Of a stretch of 64,000 bases of DNA, positions 36,701-47,061 are shown in pieces; position 1 is the stretch's first letter, and each line of letters starts with the position of its first letter. The DNA comes from Macrostomum hystrix. Taxonomy: Eukaryota > Animalia > Platyhelminthes. The DNA lies in contig CATNEN010000007.1 in the NCBI GenBank assembly GCA_950097015.1, positions 8,432,001 through 8,496,000 of the forward strand. The letters are read 5' to 3'. The position numbers and the translations under genes were made by a program. The notes below the pieces were generated by a model. It had not been told where the DNA came from. It saw only the letters and a list, made by a program, of their open reading frames with translations, and did not search any database.

Positions 36701-39700
36701 AGGCAGAGCTACCGGCAGTGGAAACTGCTCAATCAGGTGAGAATACTTGTGGGAACCCGGAGGCAGTTGAAACCTCCCCTGGGGTTCGAACCCAGGACAC
36801 TCGGTTCGTCTTAGATTCCTAGATGCCAAAGTAGTGAAAGTGCAAACCAGCCGGACACCCCGACATTCGCGCAGGACCTGTGGCTAGTGCCCATCGAGGA
36901 GATCATGTTCTTCGCTCCGCGCAGCCGCGGCAACCGAAGCCGATCGATGCGCAGTTTCAGCATGCACGAGTCGGACACAATCTCTGTCGGCACGCAGTTG
37001 ACCGAAGACGAAGCCGGCAGCGAGGAGGACTACGACGCAGACACGGTGCTGCAGTGGCCGGGCAAGTTCCGGGAGGCCAGCGTAGGCGTCCGTCTGCTGC
37101 AGACGCACCGCACGCAAGACAGATTCGACATTCGCACCAAGAAGCTGCTGCAGTGGATGATGGACCGGGTCCACCACAACAATGTGGCCGCCTTCCACGG
37201 CCTGACGCAGGTCGAGAGGGACTTCTTTGTGGTGTCCGAGTATTGCGAGCGCGGCCCGCTGAGCAAGGTGGTGCACAACCCCAAGCTGGACCTGCCGCCA
37301 ACAGTCAAGGGTTCCATTGTGATGGACATCTGCCAGGCTGTCAGCTTCCTGCACAGCCAGGGCGTTGTGCACGGCATGCTGCGGACCAACGCCTGCCTCA
37401 TCGACAGCAAGTGGACGGTGAAGCTGGCGGACTGGGAGTACTTCATATTTTACTCCACCACCACCCGGGCCTTCAAGAATGCCCGTCCGGCGCTGCAGTG
37501 CGTGCGCGAGGCGGTGCTGGGCGACTATCCCAGCGAGCAGCAGGTGCTGGACTTTGATATTTACGTCGCGCCGGAGATCCTGCGCTCCGAGTTGCAGTGG
37601 CCGCCGGACCAGAGCTCGGACATCTACTCATGTGCCATCATCTTCTACGAAATCTTCACCAGAAGCATTCCCTTTACCAACTACAGAGAGGATCTGAGCA
37701 CGGCCAGGGATCTGCTCACCGCCATCGTGAAAAACTCGCTGCGGCCGGACCAGCTGCAGGACATTCCCATTACCTTCCGCCAGGTGCTGGAAACCTCCTG
37801 GTCGGACGATCCCAGATCGCGGCCGAGCGCCGAGAACCTCACCAAGCTGGCCAAGAAGTGCTTCCCCAGGCGCAAGAACATGCTGCAGAGCATGTTCGAC
37901 AGCCTGGAGTCCGAGCACCTGCTGCTGGAGAACGAGATGCTGGCGGTGAACTCCGCCATGGAGGAGCAGCGAGACACCTACCAAGCCATGATCCGCTCCA
38001 ACCTGCCCGAGTTCTACGCCAGCCGGCTGCTCAACGACCAGCCCTTCCAGCCAGAGTACAAGCGCCTCACGGGGGTGCTATTCGTGCGCCTGGACGGCCT
38101 CGCCCGCCTCAGCGACATCAACCGGCCGTTCGAAGTGAACGCAGCATCCAACGCCTACTATCACGTGTTCAACAGCATCGCCGCAGGCTACAAGGACATG
38201 CACATGCGGCATGCCTTCGGCGACTTCTTCCTCTTCTTGTGCGGCCTGCGAAGAAAGTCTTCGCGGCGCAGCGTGCGAGATCTGCTGCGCCTCGCCGAGC
38301 ACATCATCCGCCTAGTTCGCGCCGGCGGCGTTCATGTCGACGATGGCACCGGCGGCGGCGATGGCGCAGCCATGTCTCTGGCGGCCTGTGCCGGGCTGCA
38401 CTGCGGTCCGGTGTCCATCGGGGTCATCACGTCTGGCGTGCCGACGCTGTTCACAGGCGGCGGCGCTCTCCATGTGGCCCTTCAGCTGGCGCTGTCAGCG
38501 GAGAAGCACCGCGTGCTCGCCTCCGAGACAGTCCGGCGGGCGCTCGCTGACGATGCCGAGGAGGACAACAACAATGAACCGGCAGCCACTGCATTGTCTG
38601 ACGAGGCAGCACAGAAATCGAGCGATGCGCCGGTGGCGGCAGAGTCGGAGCGGCAGACAGGCGACGGAGCTGACGGTGACCTCTCCATTGAGGTGACGTC
38701 GGCGCCAGTTCCGCAATCGCCCGCGAAGTTCGCCATCGACCCGAAGGCTTCAGCGGCTGCGAAGGTGGCGGCAGCAGCTGCTGCCACGGCCGCGGCGGCA
38801 GCCAATGCAGCAGCAGCAGCGGCGGCAGCTGCCGCAGCCGCAGCTTCTGGTGAGACGCCAGCTGTGGAGGCGGTGGCGGTCGCAGCCAAAAGTGCGCCCG
38901 AGGTCAAGAAGAAGAAGAAGAAAAGGAAGGATGAGGAGCGGAGGCTGCGCTTCGACAAGCGGCTCTGCCCGCTCTCGGTGAGTGCTGTTGCTGGTCAGCG
39001 CAAATTTCCAACAACGAATGCGGGTTATTAATTTCGTTGGGCAGTGGAATTCAATTTTGTGATTGCCCTTGTCTGACTGTATCAGCTTCTGCCTCACGTA
39101 GCCTATTCATTGTCTCGCTTATTCTTTAGAAAATGACAAGAAAAAATGGACTAGGCTCTCAATTTTGAGAGTGCATCACAATGCAGCTTTACTGTGGGCA
39201 TTTGCTGTCTGAGTAAGCTGGCCGATAGTTAGTGACGCAGCGCTCACCTGCCTGCAGGTCCGAGATCACTCCACCTGACCCCTCAAATTCTATTTTAATG
39301 ATCGCCAATGAGCCATCCGCCTAGAAGGCTTCTCGCAACAGCCTGGAGAATTTTCGAGAGCATCGATTCTACCCTGGGGCGAGCTCGATAAACCCCATCC
39401 CCAGCTCTATGCCCAAATGATTAATGAGGGCCAGCACAGGTAGGCGTTCAGAGCCGTCTAGAAATTATCAACTTTCAGTAATAAAAAAAGGAATGAAAAA
39501 TAAACAGCGAGTTCACAATTCACAAATTTGGCGCAGGCAAGGTGAGGTGAACCGGTCGGACATTCTCATCAATGCCAAACCTCGAATAATTGAATTTTTG
39601 TGACCGTCTGTTGCTCTTTTATGCGAATCGAACAGAACCCTAGGCTTCTGAGTGGCGCTGTCAATATTTGAGCTGGGCGTCACCAGCCAAGATGTGATCG

Positions 39701-41052
39701 ATGGCCCTCGCGGCAGAACCCCCCCGCCCCCGGTGTTATGAAATTACGCGCGGAACTCCGCTCACAAATTTCATTGCTGGAAAAATCGATTGCCGAACTC
39801 TAGTTGAGAACTCGCGAGGATAAACAACTGCAGCCAGAACTCTCTGGCCAGACTGAGGGGAGTGACGCGCTGCGGATGGGAAAACTGTTTGGGCCAAATA
39901 AGTTCACTGATAATGGGCTAATGTTCCCAGCGGACGGATTACACAAGGCCAGGACAACTGTCTGCTTGAAGGCAGCAGTTTTTGTCTGCTGTGTTGCGCC
40001 CTTCAGACCTGGCTGAGCAAAGCCGGGCTGACGGAGCTCAGTGCTGATGGGTGGGGCCTGGGGTCCTGGACTCGGGCTAAAAGCGACAACTCCCGTTCAG
40101 CTCGCGGAAAGCTTTCAACTCGTCTGGTTGTTCCCCTCCGGCGCGAGCACATTCAGTCTCACAATGCGCAGATAAAAGCTTCTTAAATGCCAGGTCGCAG
40201 TTTCTGGATCGATTCGGCCGATTTGCAAGTTCAGACAAGTCGGTCATTGCCGTCTGCGAAGCATCATCAGGGACTTTGCATTATTAAACTTCCATCCTTA
40301 AAAATTTGCCTCAATAGTTCGGAATTTCGCGGGGATAAATCGCTTTCATTGATATTTCCCCATTCGGACATTTACTCCCTCAGGACGGCAGGTACGTCAC
40401 AACTTACTGCGTCTCCAGTGTGCGCGATGATGCGGACTATTCGGCGCCTCCTCAGGACGCCGAGGACGTCCTCGCAGCATCAGACGGGGACCCGGATGAG
40501 GATCCCGATGCAGACGCGGATGCGCATCTGACCTTTGGAATTCGCCGCACGGCCCACTCGCCACCGCCGGGCCCCGCACTGGGCAGCCGCCGCTACCGTC
40601 CGCAGAATGACAGCATCTCCAATGAAACGGCAGACGACGTCGTGCCAGCCACCGCGTCAATCTCGCCGGAGCGAGTCACTGTCACCATCATTGACGAAGT
40701 GCCGCCGTCACGGCCGACGGTCGAAGCGCAGAAATCGCTGCCGCGAAGCCTCCAGAAGACTCGACTTACTGGTGGCGTATCCGAAGCCGCTCCGTTTCGC
40801 ATCTTCATGTCGGGCGAGTCGCTGGAGATGTCGGTGTTTGGTCAGCGCAGCAACGGCGGCGTCAGCCGGAAGTCCATCCTGAGCCGGAACAACGGTGCCA
40901 ACGGGTCAGCAAATGGCAAGAAGAAGGTGCTATCCTTCTGCGACGACTCCGCCATAGCGGTGGTCATCGAGGACGGCGTCACAAACCGAGCATTCAACGG
41001 CGACTCGGTGTTCGAGGAAGACTCTGGTGGCAGCGTTGTGTGCGAACTATAA
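24734..41052 (+). CDS. Single-pass receptor: signal peptide + PstS-type phosphate-binding ectodomain + TM + kinase-homology domain + coiled coil + degenerate guanylyl-cyclase domain + disordered tail (~1356 aa)
   Basis: Exons 24734-25071, 33243-33866, 36400-36736, 36875-38977, 40384-41052; GT-AG and phase-consistent (4071 nt). PstS motifs GSGATFP, YSGVGSGSG, FAGSD, IYMG..THWDDP.I..LNP, RMDKSGST, AYPI..YTYL. TM TLTSVGIGLLVACGLGTYIA. rGC-type kinase homology SEYCERG, HGMLRTNACLID, YVAPEIL, DIYS. Cyclase remnants FGD..L.CGL, GLHCGPV..GVI. Confidence 0.88.
25100..25680. repeat. Degenerate short-unit repeat (tgggattctggaa)
   Basis: Repeated gggatt/ggaat motifs at the start of receptor intron 1. 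Confidence 0.75.
26290..26835. repeat. Degenerate 9-bp repeat (gtgagcagt/gtgagcacc)
   Basis: Intronic array producing the Ser/Thr- and EQC-rich ORFs. Confidence 0.9.
27896..32326. repeat. Satellite, 29-bp unit (gccatctccaatgcaactgaggcttggct), ~150 copies, receptor intron 1
   Basis: Highly homogeneous array; the unit has no stop codon in any minus-strand frame, hence the 592-1628 aa ORFs. Confidence 0.98.
32803..33070. repeat. Tandem repeat, 52-bp unit, 5 identical copies
   Basis: aaaactgtttagttggagttccaccggactttagaaaattccgcagctaatc. Confidence 0.95.
33937..35870. repeat. Satellite, 19-bp unit (gggttgtagctcagtgcat), ~100 copies, receptor intron 2
   Basis: Tandem array. Confidence 0.97.
36060..36300. 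repeat. Minisatellite, 14-bp unit (tgtaacattccaca), perfect
   Basis: ~17 identical copies. Confidence 0.97.
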
Positions 41053-41112
41053 GCTGGCTCGCTGTACGCTTCCAGTTCCATTAGACTCTGGCTGACCACT
41101 GGGCGAAATGTG

Positions 41113-41325
41113 TACCACTCCGATGCGCATTGTGGACCACTCGGATGCGCATTGTGGACCACTCCGATGCGCATTGTGAACCACTCCGATGCGCATTGTG
41201 AACCACTCCGATGCGCATTGTGGACCACTCCGATGCGCATTGTGAACCACTCCGATGCGCATTGTGGACCACTCCGATGCGCATTGTGGACCACTCCGAT
41301 GCGCATTGTGGACCACTCCGATGCC
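41113..41325. repeat. Minisatellite, 22-bp unit (ccactccgatgcgcattgtgga) in the receptor 3' region
   Basis: ~10 copies starting ~60 bp after the stop codon. Confidence 0.93.
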
Positions 41326-42233
41326 CTTGTAATCACATCGGACCCTCCGTCCACGCAACATTCTTACTTGACACCTGCCAATACCATTACGTCTCCTGAT
41401 AATGAATTGTCTGTGCATCCAACCCAAGTTTTCCATTCTCAAAGCAACTGGAATCGACTGGCTCCACCTTCGCCCATGATTCCCATCTGGTTATTTAGAT
41501 TACACGCGAGTATTTATTTTGTTTTAAATTTCGAAAAAAATCAATTGTATTTTCGCTGCGGTGACTTAAATCAGCCAAGACGGCTTTGTAAACAATGTTT
41601 TCTTAGAAATGTCTCATGTACAAGGATAAGCCTATCCGCAGTTTGAGGGCTTCTAATGCTAATTACAGCACATTTTCAAATTGTCAAAGAATGTATTTTT
41701 ACCGCATATCATTGACTATGACTGCATGCAGAACTGTTTCTTGTTTTAGAGTGACGCGCCAGGTTGTAAATAAGTATTTATGCGCAAATGCCGCCTGGTC
41801 ACATGTCCACAGTCTATTGCGCTTTGCCTAATAAAGTTTTATTCCAGTGATTCAAGCCGGTGCGGAGTGCTTAAAGTGCTGTCAGGTCCGACTTGGATTC
41901 TCGACATCTAAACATAACTCGCTGCTTTCAGCTTTTCAGACTACCCAAGGCTGGGGAGAGAATAAAAGTAGCAAAAAAATGTTAGACACCCTTGTCCCAC
42001 AGCCTCCCTCAGCTGTCTCGAGTAGTTCTACCTTTAAGCACTCCGCTCTCATTGCTTTTGAAGATTATCGACTCAAATAGTGCATGCCGGCTGCTGGGCA
42101 AATAAGAAGGAATTTGCGTGCACCGGCTTCTTCAACGGCTGAGAGAAATGTTTAGGGAGAAAATTCTGAAGAAACTGTGTCTGACAAGTCGATCTACACG
42201 AGTGAGCCGACTCCAGCCAGGCTGCGGGTGCTC

Positions 42234-42410
42234 ACTGGCAGCGCGGTCTAACGAGTTTGCCTCTCGCACCAAGGTCCCTGAGCTCGATTCCGCGGCGAGG
42301 CCACATTTAATTTGAGACGCAGCCGCGGAGAGAAAGTGTTGAGGGCTTGTCGCGCAACTGACGAACTCGAGGGCCAACCTCCAAGGCACAGTGAGAGCGT
42401 ACACTTTAAT
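42234..42410 (+). mobile_element. tRNA-derived SINE (family A), 3'-truncated
   Basis: tggcagcgcggtctaacgagtttgcctctcgcaccaaggtccctgagctcgattccgcggcgaggccacatt... with A/B-box-like motifs. Confidence 0.8.
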
Positions 42411-42890
42411 TTTTTATTACCACACACGCGAGCGCACTGCAGAGTGCATTTGGGAGGTGAAGACAAGCGGATCGAATTTCTTTTCAAGCAGGCTTATTTC
42501 GCAGGCCAGACTCCAGTCTCTATCGATCCTGATCTGAGCAATCGCGGGCAACTCCCCGCCTTCCGCTCCGCATCCACCCCACGTCAAGGATTGTCTCGCT
42601 TCTCCGTCGCTCAGGAAAGTCCGGAAACGGCGCTTCAGGTATCACCCAGCTCAGCTTGCCAGCCTTTGATTCTCGTCCGCAGGCTTCCGGGAGCAGCCCT
42701 GCTGAGGTCTGGGCTGCGGCTACATCTTCCCAACTTCCTGACTCTCAGTAAAAAGGGGAAAGACTTCAACAATAGCTTCGGCAGCAGTGATTGTACATAC
42801 CGCTTATCTTTCAACTCCTTATCTTTCAATACCTGTGTGCGTCATTCTTTCCTCGACACTGTACTCATCTTTTCGGAGGGCAAGAATACA

Positions 42891-43850
42891 CCGATGGTCT
42901 GTGAGCTAATGCCTGACTCACTGATGGTCTGTGAGCTATTGCCTGACTCACTGATGGTCTGTGAGCTAATGACTGACTCACTGATGGTCTGTGAGCTAAT
43001 GACTGACTCACTGATGGTCTGTGAGCTAATGACTGACTCACTGATGGTCTGTGAGCTAATGCCTGACTCACTGATGGTCTGTGAGCTATTGCCTGACTCA
43101 CTGATGGTCTGTGAGCTAATGCCTGACTCACTGATGGTCTGTGAGCTAATGACTGACTCACTGATGGTCTGTGAGCTAATGACTGACTCACTGATGGTCT
43201 GTGAGCTAATGACTGACTCACTGATGGTCTGTGAGCTAATGCCTGACTCACTGATGGTCTGTGAGCTATTGCCTGACTCACTGATGGTCTGTGAGCTAAT
43301 GCCTGACTCACTGATGGTCTGTAAGCTAATGACTGACTCACTGATGGTCTGTAAGCTAATGCCTGACTCACTGATGGTCTGTGAGCTAATGCCTGACTCA
43401 CTGATGGTCTGTGAGCTAATGCCTGACTCACTGATGGTCTGTGAGCTAATGCCTGACTCACTGATGGTCTGTAAGCTAATGACTGACTCACTGATGGTCT
43501 GTAAGCTAATGCCTGACTCACTGATGGTCTGTGAGCTAATGCCTGACTCACTGATGGTCTGTGGGCTATTGCCTGACTCACTGATGGTCTGTGAGCTATT
43601 GCCTGACTCACTGATGGTCTGTGAGCTAATGCCTGACTCACTGATGGTCTGTGAGCTATTGCCTGACTCACTGATGGTCTGTGAGCTAATGACTGACTCA
43701 CTGATGGTCTGTAAGCTAATGACTGACTCACTGATGGTCTGTAAGCTAATGCCTGACTCACTGATGGTCTGTGAGCTAATGCCTGACTCACTGATGGTCT
43801 GTGAGCTAATGCCTGACTCACTGATTGTGTGTGAGCTAATGCCTGACTCT
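42891..43850. repeat. Minisatellite, 30-bp unit (ctgatggtctgtgagctaatgcctgactca), ~32 copies
   Basis: Exact 30-bp periodicity. Confidence 0.97.
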
Positions 43851-44720
43851 CTGTCAATGCAAGTCTGTCAATCAGCGAATTAATTTATCGACTCTTGTCA
43901 AACAATCTCAGCAGCAGCAGCAGCAGGAGCATTCAATGAAAATGCTCCAACAGAGGGCAACTGATAAGAGAAGCAAGGGTTTAGCCATCTCGACTTGCTG
44001 GGGCTCGCAAACTATCGACATTGCGCAACTGAGAGAGCGGCACGAGCCCACGCGAACCCTGAGCCTCTGTGAAAACAGGCCAACAACTTGCAGTAATTAC
44101 AGCGAGAGTAGAAAAGCGAGAGTGAAAGAGTCTCTCAATGGTTGCCATGACAACAGCAACGGAGAGTTGCAGAACCGCTGTCATGTGAAACAGCGAGGCG
44201 GGAGAGGGCCCAAGTGCGGAGCGCACGTGGTCAGATCGGGACCAGGGCGAGCGGAAAAAGAGTTATTACTGCTCTAGAGTGAATATCGATCGATAGCGCC
44301 AGTAGCGGCTGGGGCGGCCCTGTAAACACAATAAATAGGTGCGCTATGGCTGTACAGCTGCAGGGCTGTCATTAAACACGCCTCAGGCCAACTCAACTTT
44401 GGCCAGAGCTCGCTGGGAAGGAGGGTGACGCAGAGATTTGGGGCTCTGGAGAGGTCACCTGCATTTTATGATACCTGTGAGCCTCGTGCGCGAGTCCCTT
44501 ATCTAATCTGCACGGGTAACGAAAGACTGAATCGGGCCACCCTTTCCTGCTCTCCCCTCCCACCTTGCCGTGCCCCCTGCCAGAGCAGTTGAGATAAATC
44601 GCTGCAGATTAGCATGCTGGCAGGCAGGCGGGTTAGAGCAAGGAATTGAAGCTAGCCAAAAACTCGACTCCGCTGCGATTGCAGGTCCACAGAGAAGCGC
44701 TTAGCAACCGAAAAGCAACA

Positions 44721-45854
44721 ATGCGCCACCACCGCCCCCTGCTGCTTCTGCTGCTGCTGACTGTGGCGGCGCCGCTCACCACAATGTCCGCTCCGCTCAC
44801 GGATGCGTCTTTCGGAGCCGTCAACTGCGGCTACGACTGGCAGCAGTCCATCTGCAAGCTGGCGCCCGCCGACTTCAGCTTCAACGACGGCTGCAACACC
44901 GTCACGTGCGACGGCCGAGGCGAGTTCATCACCACCCTGATGGCTTGCCCGGAGCCGGCCACCGAGCAGGACCGCCAGCGCTGCCAGACAATCCGCGAGA
45001 ACGTGCAGCTCCGATTGGACGAGTCCACAGGCGTCACCTGCCCGATGCTGTCGATGAGAGCTGTCTGCGCCACCGCAGCCCGAGGCTTCACTTACAACGA
45101 CGGCTGCAACACTGTTGTCTGCGACGGCGCCGGCTCCGGAACGACCACGCTGATGTACTGCCCCGAGCCCTCCCGGCCCACCGAGACCGCCCTGTGCGAG
45201 CGGCGCACCGAGCGCCTCATCGGGCGACTTGAGCCCAGGACCTGCTCCGGCATCAATTCTACTCAGGTCTGCCTGGCCGAGGGCATCGGGTTCAGATTCA
45301 GCGACGGCTGCAACACAGTCGAGTGCCGGGAGAGCGGCACGTGGACCACAACTCTCATGTCCTGCCCGCCAGCCGGTAACGAGAGCGCCATTTGCCAATG
45401 GCACCGCAGCAAGGCCGGCCCGACGGTCGTCGACACCCTGGACCTGTCTTGCCCGGAGCTGGCCATGTCGCGGGTTTGCAAGGCCCAGACCATCGGCTTT
45501 CGCTACAACGACGGCTGCAATGACGTGCACTGCGCCTCGCCCGGCAGGGGCTCCAGCACCACCCGCCTGTGCCGAGTGGCCAATGCGGCTGAGGCGGAGC
45601 GCAAGTGCAACGCCTCCAAGGTCGCCATGGAGGAGAAGCGGAGCCAGTCAAAGCAGCGCACCAGCTGCCTGACGGCCGCCGACGTCTGCAGGCGGGCCGG
45701 AGAGCGCAAATCCTTCTTCGACGGCTGCAACTATTGCTTCTGCATGGGCATCAACCGCGCCGGCTGCACCAGGCGAGCCTGCCAGCCCTACTTCAGCACC
45801 GAGGAGGAATTCAGGAGAGAGTGCGTGCGGCGCAAGGCGGGCATCATCAACTAG
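44721..45854 (+). CDS. Secreted multi-domain pacifastin-like serine protease inhibitor A (377 aa, 5 modules, intronless)
   Basis: Signal peptide MRHHRPLLLLLLLTVAAP; four F.(Y/F)(N/S)DGCN.V.C...TT(L/R) modules; terminal canonical pacifastin C..DGCNYCFC......CTRRAC. Confidence 0.8.
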   Translation: MRHHRPLLLLLLLTVAAPLTTMSAPLTDASFGAVNCGYDWQQSICKLAPADFSFNDGCNTVTCDGRGEFITTLMACPEPATEQDRQRCQTIRENVQLRLDESTGVTCPMLSMRAVCATAARGFTYNDGCNTVVCDGAGSGTTTLMYCPEPSRPTETALCERRTERLIGRLEPRTCSGINSTQVCLAEGIGFRFSDGCNTVECRESGTWTTTLMSCPPAGNESAICQWHRSKAGPTVVDTLDLSCPELAMSRVCKAQTIGFRYNDGCNDVHCASPGRGSSTTRLCRVANAAEAERKCNASKVAMEEKRSQSKQRTSCLTAADVCRRAGERKSFFDGCNYCFCMGINRAGCTRRACQPYFSTEEEFRRECVRRKAGIIN

Positions 45855-46987
45855 AGAGCCTCTGAAGGGATTCAACAACATACTGAATGATTGTCGGGTA
45901 GGGTCCTAGTACAGAGTTCCAGTCTACTGCAGCTCCAGTGGCATTCCCTATAGTTAGTAGAACAAAGCTTTGAAGTTTGACCTCGCGAACTGTTTTGGTT
46001 CCAATTGCGCAAGGAAATTCTTGGGGTGAAAATGGAAGCCCCATTTGTTTCAATTTTGCTATTCGTTTTTTCATCCTCTTTTATACTCGTATTGATACGT
46101 GTCGTTCAAATAATATTCACATCTCCGTCTCTTTCTCGCGTTTTTGCAGTGCCCTTGCGCAACCTCGTCTCACTCATTCGCGACATAATTCGCCCTCATT
46201 CGCGGATCCAATATTTTTTACCTGACCTCTATTTTGCTAGACCCAAGCACTGATTGAAGCCCGCTGAATTGATCTCAATAGACCCAAATTGTCTCCTCCG
46301 TGTACATGCGACACATGCTTCTCCCGAGCGCATCGGCATGCCATAATCGCTTAATTCCCCAGCCCAGTATTTTCTGCGGCAAGCCGCCTCTGTAAAGAAA
46401 TACCTGAGCAACTGTGCCTTATTTCTTAGAATGCTGAGCACGCACAGCAGGCGAGAAACAATTGGACTCGCCCCAGCCGCTCCCACCTCGCCATCTGATC
46501 GCCAGAGCCATCCGTCGCTTTTTATTTGCGTTACAAACGAAAAACTACAAAAATAAATAAATCAATCGATTGCTTTCGGATTTTGCTTTTTTCACTCCGG
46601 CCATCTGTCAGCCAGCTGGACATTGTGCTTGTTGCTGACAGCCGAATGCCACAGTCACTGGCTAATTGTCGCCCAGAGCGGCTGGACTTGCGCCATAAGC
46701 CATTCTGGCCAGTGCTGACAGGGCAGACAACTGCGACTCCGTGACCCTCCCCCTCCCCGCTACTCCGGTGAGCGGCAACTCCGACAGGCAATTACAGCGA
46801 CTGTCGGCGATCCGGAAAGGCCGCAGGGCAATTTCCACTGCAGCGTTTACCGCCCGCAAGCGGTCAACAACAGGAAGCAGCGCTTTTGAGGCCGGCAATT
46901 TTCGATTCTCTGGGAACCGGTTTCAAGCGTCATCGACTGCTGATTCACATAGCCCCCTCACCCTGCCCAAATTTGGTGAATTTAGCG

Positions 46988-46994
46988 TATAAAA
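46988..46994 (+). promoter_or_regulatory. TATA box candidate for inhibitor B
   Basis: TATAAAA ~70 bp upstream of ATG 47062; AATAAA at 48074-48079 downstream of the stop. Confidence 0.5.
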
Positions 46995-47061
46995 TCCGGC
47001 ACCTTCTCGCAAAATTCACGCGCTGTTTCTGTGGTTAAAATCCATTAAAAACTGCAAAGCG

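Noticed and set aside
27400-36812. tRNA genes at B-box-like sites (gagttcgaaccc ~27430; ggttcgaaccc ~36783)
   Set aside because: No complete cloverleaf could be built; probably SINE or tRNA remnants.
37597-38550. Alternative-frame and antisense ORFs over GC-rich exons (also 44652-45530, 47310-48053, 61626-63368)
   Set aside because: Expected shadow ORFs of GC3-rich coding sequence; no independent motifs.
42312-43883. 523-aa ORF with PDSLMVCELM repeats
   Set aside because: Starts in a SINE at a TTG and runs through a 30-bp minisatellite.
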